This document shows positions 58,664-64,000 of a DNA stretch of 64,000 nt, piece after piece (position 1 is the first letter of the stretch; every line of letters begins with the position of its first letter). Under the pieces are notes generated by a model that ran no database searches, was not told the DNA's origin, and worked only from the letters and a program-made list of their open reading frames with translations. Origin of the DNA: Coraliomargarita sp. (GTDB lineage Bacteria > Verrucomicrobiota > Verrucomicrobiia > Opitutales > Coraliomargaritaceae); contig OZ244160.1 of the NCBI GenBank assembly GCA_965216325.1, positions 2,080,001 through 2,144,000 on the forward strand, written 5' to 3'. The position numbers and the translations under genes were made by a program.

Positions 58664-59869
58664 CTAGCCTAGTAGCTCTTTGATCTTGTTGAGGTCATCT
58701 TCCTTAATGTTTGGTTCAAGTTCAGGCTTATATGCATATAGAACCGTTTGGCGGATTCGTGTTCGGCCAACTCCAGTTGTCCGAAGGTAAAAGTCATCGC
58801 TGAAATTTACTTTAACGCTAGGCTGTAGCACTTCTGAGAAGTCATCTGGTCTCATTTCGATTTCCTGCAGTGGTGTGCCGTCTTTCATTGCCCAAGCTAA
58901 ATATTTTCGTAAGCAGTCTAGTAGCCCGTGCATCCCAATTGTCTTTGTTAGCGCTGAAGTGGCATCTTCAAATAAATTGGCATTTTCTGCTGCCAGTAAA
59001 TAATTTGAAACAATGCGCAAGATTAGGTCGTCTCTGTTGTTGAGATAAAGCTCACGTAGTGGAGATCGATCATTCCGAGCTTCTAGCACTCTGCGATCTC
59101 TACGATCTTCTCTCAACATACTTAGTGTATTCTTGTCTTTTTTAGGGTTTGTGGAAATTAGACGTAAGATTGCGTCAGTGACTGCGGATAAGCTAACACT
59201 CCAATCTGGACGTGTTGTAGCTTCTGGCGACGCGATTCGGTCTTTAAGTGTGGAGTTCTCATTTAGTTGTCTAGCTATTGAGATTGCTGCTTTGTCTGGA
59301 CTCCAGGTGTTTGCCTTCGATGGAGTCAGTTCGTATCCAAATAGCTCATATGCTAAATTCTTCTGAACACTTCGTTGGTTGGAGTTAATTGTCGCAAACA
59401 AGTATGCTTGAAGTGACGAGGGGAGGTCTAAGTAGATGGAACATAGCAAGTCCATATCAAGCTCAGGGTTTGATTCTAGATCTAGGCCGTCAAAGCCGTA
59501 TAATCTGTGCTGTCCATCTATAATCGAGGCTAGGCGTCTCTCGCTCGGTATGATTAGCTTCTTTGTATTTTTGTCCTCTCCAACATGCCATATGATGGAG
59601 TCATCATCCTCGATGAAACCGGCTTCAGTAATATTTGCTGCCAATATAATCGAATTCGGAAAAGCGCAATCGACGCTTTGGATGTAATCCTTTATATCTT
59701 TTGTTCTGTTCTTGTTTAGACTGCGCTGTATGCCTCTTTTGACTCCATTGTCTATGCGGAAACTGTCTGGGAATGCTAGCCTAAGTAGCTCAGAAGCCTT
59801 GAATTTGACTACATAGAAATTGCCAAATGGTTGCTCTAATCCTATAAAATCTTTTTTTAGTTCTGGCAT
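58664..59869 (-). CDS. DGQHR domain protein (phosphorothioation-associated)
   Basis: GIQRSL, FPNSIILA, IIDGQHRL and QAYLFATINSNQ motifs. Confidence 0.9.
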   Translation of the reverse strand: MPELKKDFIGLEQPFGNFYVVKFKASELLRLAFPDSFRIDNGVKRGIQRSLNKNRTKDIKDYIQSVDCAFPNSIILAANITEAGFIEDDDSIIWHVGEDKNTKKLIIPSERRLASIIDGQHRLYGFDGLDLESNPELDMDLLCSIYLDLPSSLQAYLFATINSNQRSVQKNLAYELFGYELTPSKANTWSPDKAAISIARQLNENSTLKDRIASPEATTRPDWSVSLSAVTDAILRLISTNPKKDKNTLSMLREDRRDRRVLEARNDRSPLRELYLNNRDDLILRIVSNYLLAAENANLFEDATSALTKTIGMHGLLDCLRKYLAWAMKDGTPLQEIEMRPDDFSEVLQPSVKVNFSDDFYLRTTGVGRTRIRQTVLYAYKPELEPNIKEDDLNKIKELLG

Positions 59870-59878
59870 GGCTAACTA

Positions 59879-60478
59879 TTATTCTAATATCAGTCCTCCG
59901 TCGTTGTCGGGCATCTCAACTCTAGATATGGGCTTAGCATCTCCATGTCCTAGGGCATTCTCCGGGCGCGGGTCTATTATAAAACTTTCGTTATTAGAGT
60001 ATATCATCCACCATAGCAGAAGGGCGGATAAGCTAGTCGAAACTTGGATTGATTGATAGTCGGTTGGGCCGCGGTAAAGAGTATAAAGAGATCCGGCTAT
60101 AGGTATTATAGCAAAACATAGATAGATGAATTTTGTTTCTGGTTTGATTGTTTCGGATCCTTCTTTTTTGGGCAGGTAGAGCTCGGCCAGGGAAGCGGCG
60201 GAAAGAGTAAGAGAGTAGGTGGCTATGGCAAAGAGTATAGAAGTCTGACGTGTTTCTTGGGTTACTTGAGATGTTGAGTCGTTCAACATCTCAAACCACA
60301 CCCCTGTGCCTCCGATGCCGAGAATGAAGAAAGTGAAGTAGAAGACGAAAACTGGGTGCTGAAATGGTGTAGTTAGGTTCGTAACTAGTATGCCAATTAA
60401 CTTTTTCCAGTGATAGAGTGCCTGCAAGTTGTATATAGCACGCCACAATTTTATTAAGGTCGGTATGTGCTTTTCCAT
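59879..60478 (-). CDS. Hypothetical 4-TM membrane protein
   Basis: Four hydrophobic segments; AT-rich; co-oriented in the defence run. Confidence 0.7.
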   Translation of the reverse strand: MEKHIPTLIKLWRAIYNLQALYHWKKLIGILVTNLTTPFQHPVFVFYFTFFILGIGGTGVWFEMLNDSTSQVTQETRQTSILFAIATYSLTLSAASLAELYLPKKEGSETIKPETKFIYLCFAIIPIAGSLYTLYRGPTDYQSIQVSTSLSALLLWWMIYSNNESFIIDPRPENALGHGDAKPISRVEMPDNDGGLILE

Positions 60479-60651
60479 TTCAGTGGGATTGTCGTGTCTT
60501 TATCTAGGATTGCTGTGATGATGTGATCTAATTCGTAGTAATCGAGAGGACTAATCGAAAAATCAAGCTTTGCTGTCTGGTTGTCTTGAAATAATAATTT
60601 CTGAACCGTTTTTCTGTTGGCTATACATTTTGCGTTATTCGTGTTGGGCAT
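60454..60651 (-). CDS. Small hypothetical protein
   Basis: 65-aa ORF filling the gap between the HNH and membrane genes. Confidence 0.4.
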   Translation of the reverse strand: MPNTNNAKCIANRKTVQKLLFQDNQTAKLDFSISPLDYYELDHIITAILDKDTTIPLKWKSTYRP

Positions 60652-60674
60652 CGGCTAATATTCAACGTATTAAT

Positions 60675-61406
60675 TTAAAAAGGACTATTTCTATCGGCCT
60701 TCAGGATTGCTCTTGCTTCTTGCATTTTAATCCAGCGCCTCTCAAGTGAGATTGCTCTGTGTAGCATCCGGTGGCAGTTTGCGCAGACCAAGGTGAGGTC
60801 GCTGAGTTTTGTTTTTCGTTCACCTCCAGCGGCTAACGGAAGGATGTGATGTGCCTCAAATATCGATTCGCCGAACGGGTGGTCCGGCTCGACGCAGCGA
60901 CATATTTCACATGTTAACGGCCCTGTTTTTCTTTTCTTCTCTATTAGCTTCTTTCTTAGCTTCGGATTTCGCTCTCTTCGTTTATGTGCCTCTGTCACAG
61001 TTCGTCCCTCTGCAAATTCCAAATCCTCGTCGGGCTCCTCGCCCTCTGAGGCTGAAATTTTGATCCCAGACTTAATTAGTTCTGCCAGGCGTCTTGCTTC
61101 TTCAGGTTGGCTTCCGAGTTCTTCCCATACGCGACGGTCCATTTTAGAGAAGTTACCAAGACCTTGTCCTGTTGCGACCTGACGGATGTTCTGTAGCTTG
61201 AACGATACTCCAGCAGGGTTTCGGAACGTTGGTTGTCTGGCGGCTTGAGCATGATATGGAAGTGCCCGTAGCAGGTCAGATGCCTTAATGACACGAGTGT
61301 CTGAAGCTGATGGTATTGAGCCTCCGCAGTCGAAATATAGGTCAAGGGCGAGAATTGTTTCATCTCGTGTCCATCTTGGGTTCCCATGTCCGTTCGTAAC
61401 AGCCAT
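60675..61406 (-). CDS. HNH endonuclease (McrA-like) with an N-terminal NPxWTRDE domain
   Basis: GNPRWTRDETILALDLY, HKRRERN, CEIC, EAHH and CANCHRMLH; probable start ATG 61406. Confidence 0.88.
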   Translation of the reverse strand: MAVTNGHGNPRWTRDETILALDLYFDCGGSIPSASDTRVIKASDLLRALPYHAQAARQPTFRNPAGVSFKLQNIRQVATGQGLGNFSKMDRRVWEELGSQPEEARRLAELIKSGIKISASEGEEPDEDLEFAEGRTVTEAHKRRERNPKLRKKLIEKKRKTGPLTCEICRCVEPDHPFGESIFEAHHILPLAAGGERKTKLSDLTLVCANCHRMLHRAISLERRWIKMQEARAILKADRNSPF

Positions 61407-61411
61407 CAATT

Positions 61412-61690
61412 CTATTCGTTGGTCGAATCCTGTCTGATGATTGAAGTAGCAAGCGCTTGAATAATTCTCGAGCAATCGTCGATGCCCAAAAGATCATTTT
61501 CTGCTGCTACTTCCATAAGAGGCAATAGATCGTGCAAAGGCAGTTCGCTCGATCCGTGTGGGCTGAAGCGGCCGGTTTCTCCATCATAGCGGCATCTAAT
61601 TGAAATTTCTCGATTATCCCAGCTGGAGCCTCCAACTTCTATTGAATGCCCCGGTGAGATGTTGCGCGTTAAGTTTGGGTCTGGATTCAT
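61412..61690 (-). CDS. Hypothetical protein
   Basis: 92 aa containing GRFSPHGSSELP; tight spacing to its neighbours. Confidence 0.6.
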   Translation of the reverse strand: MNPDPNLTRNISPGHSIEVGGSSWDNREISIRCRYDGETGRFSPHGSSELPLHDLLPLMEVAAENDLLGIDDCSRIIQALATSIIRQDSTNE

Positions 61691-61723
61691 ACTTAATTTT
61701 AAAATACTTAGTGCATGGGTTGA

Positions 61724-62572
61724 TTAACTTTCTTCGATTTCCTTGAGAGTTTTCCCTGACTCATCTTTCCATGCAATTGGGCCTGCGGCTCCTCCTCCAA
61801 ATATGACTGCAGCAGCTGCACTGGGTGACGAGAATTCTGTATCTTTAGTGAAACGATAATACGACTTGTCTTTGATTAAAGTCCCGTTGGTGATGAGTTT
61901 CTTTCGAAGAGCGACAACATATGGATGTTGTGTGGCTGCAGATGCACGTTCCTTGACAGTAGCGGTAGAATTCGCGTAAACGACAAAACCAGTTTCGGTT
62001 CGTCTTCCAGTTGCAACGGCGCCCTTGCTCTTACACATCAAAATTGATTTTTTACCGCTTTTGGGTTTAGTCCCAGCTATAGGAGTTAAGATGTCGGACC
62101 CTAATACTGGAAGGACCTGCTGAATACGATCGAGGAAAACTTCCATATCTTCTCTGTCTGACTCTGGAAGCTTGCTGCCGCTCTGATTAGTGTTCTCGAG
62201 TTTATATCTGCCGATCTTGTTCGCTTCCTCCATCAAGCGATTCTCTAGGTATCGGATATGGGCCTTTGTGAGATTTTCGTCTTTGCTCACAAACGCTGCC
62301 AACGAAACCCAAAATTCCTTCGCTTTGTGCTGCTTGAGCCGATCTTTGATTACCTCAGCTTCGCCAATGTAGACCAGTGGTTGTTCACTGTTTGGTGCGG
62401 TTCCAAATAAGAGGTAGACTCCGGCACTGCGAAGTTCCTCTCTTTTCACAAGTTCGTTGAGGTCTGTCCTTGGGCCGGCCAGTGCTTTCCCTGTCCAGTT
62501 CGAAACTTCCGCAGTTCGAAAGCGCTTGGCATCGCCATGTGGGAGAAAGAGCTTTATTGTAGCAGTTGGCAT
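61724..62572 (-). CDS. GIY-YIG nuclease-like protein with DUF4357 domain
   Basis: GVYLL...VYIGEAE..RLKQH; C-terminal FSSPSAAAAVIFGG...WKD..GKTL. Confidence 0.88.
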   Translation of the reverse strand: MPTATIKLFLPHGDAKRFRTAEVSNWTGKALAGPRTDLNELVKREELRSAGVYLLFGTAPNSEQPLVYIGEAEVIKDRLKQHKAKEFWVSLAAFVSKDENLTKAHIRYLENRLMEEANKIGRYKLENTNQSGSKLPESDREDMEVFLDRIQQVLPVLGSDILTPIAGTKPKSGKKSILMCKSKGAVATGRRTETGFVVYANSTATVKERASAATQHPYVVALRKKLITNGTLIKDKSYYRFTKDTEFSSPSAAAAVIFGGGAAGPIAWKDESGKTLKEIEES

Positions 62573-62642
62573 TCTTATTTGCGTAGGAAATGTTATCTCA
62601 GTAGATATTGGATAATTCGTGGTCGAGTCATGCGGCGATTGC

Positions 62643-64000
62643 TTATAGCTGCCAGAATGCTAGGTCCTGCATCTTTACGACTTTCTTGTCGCCATCGACA
62701 TATAGGCTGTAGTGCTTATCGAGCTCTCGGATTTGTTGCATGAAGGCTTCTTGTTCGTGCTTGTTGTCTGGGTTGAAGATACTCTGGATCTCCTGTGCCT
62801 TGAGCTGGGAGACGCGATGGATGATCCAAGTTAAGATGTAACTGGAGTAGTCTTCACCGGAAGCTTTGAAGTGAGTGAGCTCCTGTGTGGAGAGAATCGT
62901 TCCCACGCCGAACTCTCGGCCTTCTTTGAGTATCTTTTTCAGGCTTTCGAAGCCCTGCGACATGAAGTTGTCAGCCTCGTCAACCAGGATCATTTTTGAG
63001 ATCTGACGGTAGTTTCCTTCGAGCTCGGAGCTACCTGCGATGTGCATTTGTGTGTAGAACAAGTCGAGCGTCAGTGCGACGATAAGATTCTGTAGCTGCG
63101 GGTCATAGCCAGACAGGTTGATGACTGTCACGCCAGAGATCATTTCGTTCAGGGATACGGTCTTGGATGCGTCTGGTTCGAAGATCTGGAAATCAATTAA
63201 ATCACTGAACGCTGCATGGAGTGAATCTTCTTCAACCTTATCTTGGCTTTGAAGCACATTCCAGACGTCGTCCAGAGTCGGTGCATTACGTGTCCAGGTG
63301 GATGGATCGTGCGCATGAATCCCGGCATTTTCATATGCTTCGAGGATTAGCCCTCGAACCTTGCTTTGCTGCTTAACCCCTAAGCCATACGCTTTCCCCA
63401 TAGTGGTCCGGAACAGGTTGGCGGTATGGACTGGTAGCATCGGCTTGTCGCCGAAGAGGGAGAATGGATTAAAGGGCAGGTTGTAAGGCTTGTAGATCGT
63501 GGCGTTGGTCGCCTCCTTGAAGTCCTCTTTGATGTAGTCTGCTTTGTAGTCGAAGATGAGGATCCCAATCGGTTTCTCGCCGACGTTGTTGGCCTGGTTT
63601 CGATACAGCTGTGTAATCAAACTCTTGGTGAACTGGGTTTTTCCAGTTCCCATCGTGCCAATAATTCCGGTGTTCGTGTTGAACACTTTGGTTGTATTGG
63701 TCGGCTCCCAAATGATCTCGGTATTCGATAGTGTGTCAGTGCCGAACTTTATCTGAAGCGGACCTGATGGCGAAGGGGGTGTGAGGTCATCTGGTTCTGG
63801 TTGAGGATCTTCTGTTTCGGTCTCAGTTGATGATTCAGTCGGGGAATCGTTTTCGTCGGTGTGCGTCTCTTCCTCTTCTGCGTCAGCGACCGGGCAGCCA
63901 CTTGCTTTTTCTTTGGTCAGATAAGCACGCTCAGGGAGGCCAAGAATCTCCTTATTTGAGATCTTCTCAGATAGCTCTGAAAGTGGGGTCTCAAGCAACT
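62643..64000 (-). CDS. dptH: Phosphorothioation-dependent restriction ATPase DptH/DndH (3' part; start beyond the window)
   Basis: NTGIIGTMGTGKTQF Walker A, IFDYK, ILVDEADNF and KEGREFGVGTILSTQ; HerA-like ATPase next to the dnd operon. Confidence 0.8.
   Translation of the reverse strand, partial: LLETPLSELSEKISNKEILGLPERAYLTKEKASGCPVADAEEEETHTDENDSPTESSTETETEDPQPEPDDLTPPSPSGPLQIKFGTDTLSNTEIIWEPTNTTKVFNTNTGIIGTMGTGKTQFTKSLITQLYRNQANNVGEKPIGILIFDYKADYIKEDFKEATNATIYKPYNLPFNPFSLFGDKPMLPVHTANLFRTTMGKAYGLGVKQQSKVRGLILEAYENAGIHAHDPSTWTRNAPTLDDVWNVLQSQDKVEEDSLHAAFSDLIDFQIFEPDASKTVSLNEMISGVTVINLSGYDPQLQNLIVALTLDLFYTQMHIAGSSELEGNYRQISKMILVDEADNFMSQGFESLKKILKEGREFGVGTILSTQELTHFKASGEDYSSYILTWIIHRVSQLKAQEIQSIFNPDNKHEQEAFMQQIRELDKHYSLYVDGDKKVVKMQDLAFWQL

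Noticed and set aside
60675..61406. Calling the HNH a PT-reading SBD nuclease
   Set aside because: I cannot recognise a sulfur-binding domain by eye; an HMM or structure search is needed.

Overview
Bacterial chromosome segment, most likely Verrucomicrobiota (Opitutia, Coraliomargarita/Puniceicoccaceae-like). This is inferred from the EF-Tu/RpoBC sequence style and a PVC-type C-terminal domain, not from a database search. 1-13.4 kb is the conserved core block: tRNA-Thr, tuf, tRNA-Trp, secE, nusG, rplK, rplA, rplJ, rplL, rpoB, rpoC. 13.6-33.9 kb holds a secreted FG-GAP protein and a Wzx/Wzy exopolysaccharide cluster. That cluster includes a TagA-GT2-GT4 triple fusion and an inserted DCC1/HTTM cassette, and is divergent from an H-NOX / hybrid histidine kinase (frameshifted Hpt) / sigma54 activator operon. 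33.9-47 kb has housekeeping-type genes, a large Ca-binding adhesin-like protein, MscS, and intergenic regions rich in nested palindromic repeats. These include an IS4-like MITE with a target-site duplication and a DUF559 nuclease gene flanked by inverted hairpin repeats. 47-64 kb is a defence island: vsr remnant, NYN protein, a structured leader plus small genes, PT-associated methyltransferase, dndBCDE-dndA, and a convergent dptH-GIY-YIG-HNH-membrane-DGQHR run. Two observations stand out. First, three sigma54 -24/-12 promoters (FG-GAP gene, EPS operon, adhesin) each carry paired TGTA-N5-TACA-type boxes, suggesting a self-contained H-NOX/sigma54 matrix regulon. Second, a DUF559-associated hairpin-repeat family exists, and a short TTCGACAAGCTCA module sits repeatedly in the loops of these and other hairpins.
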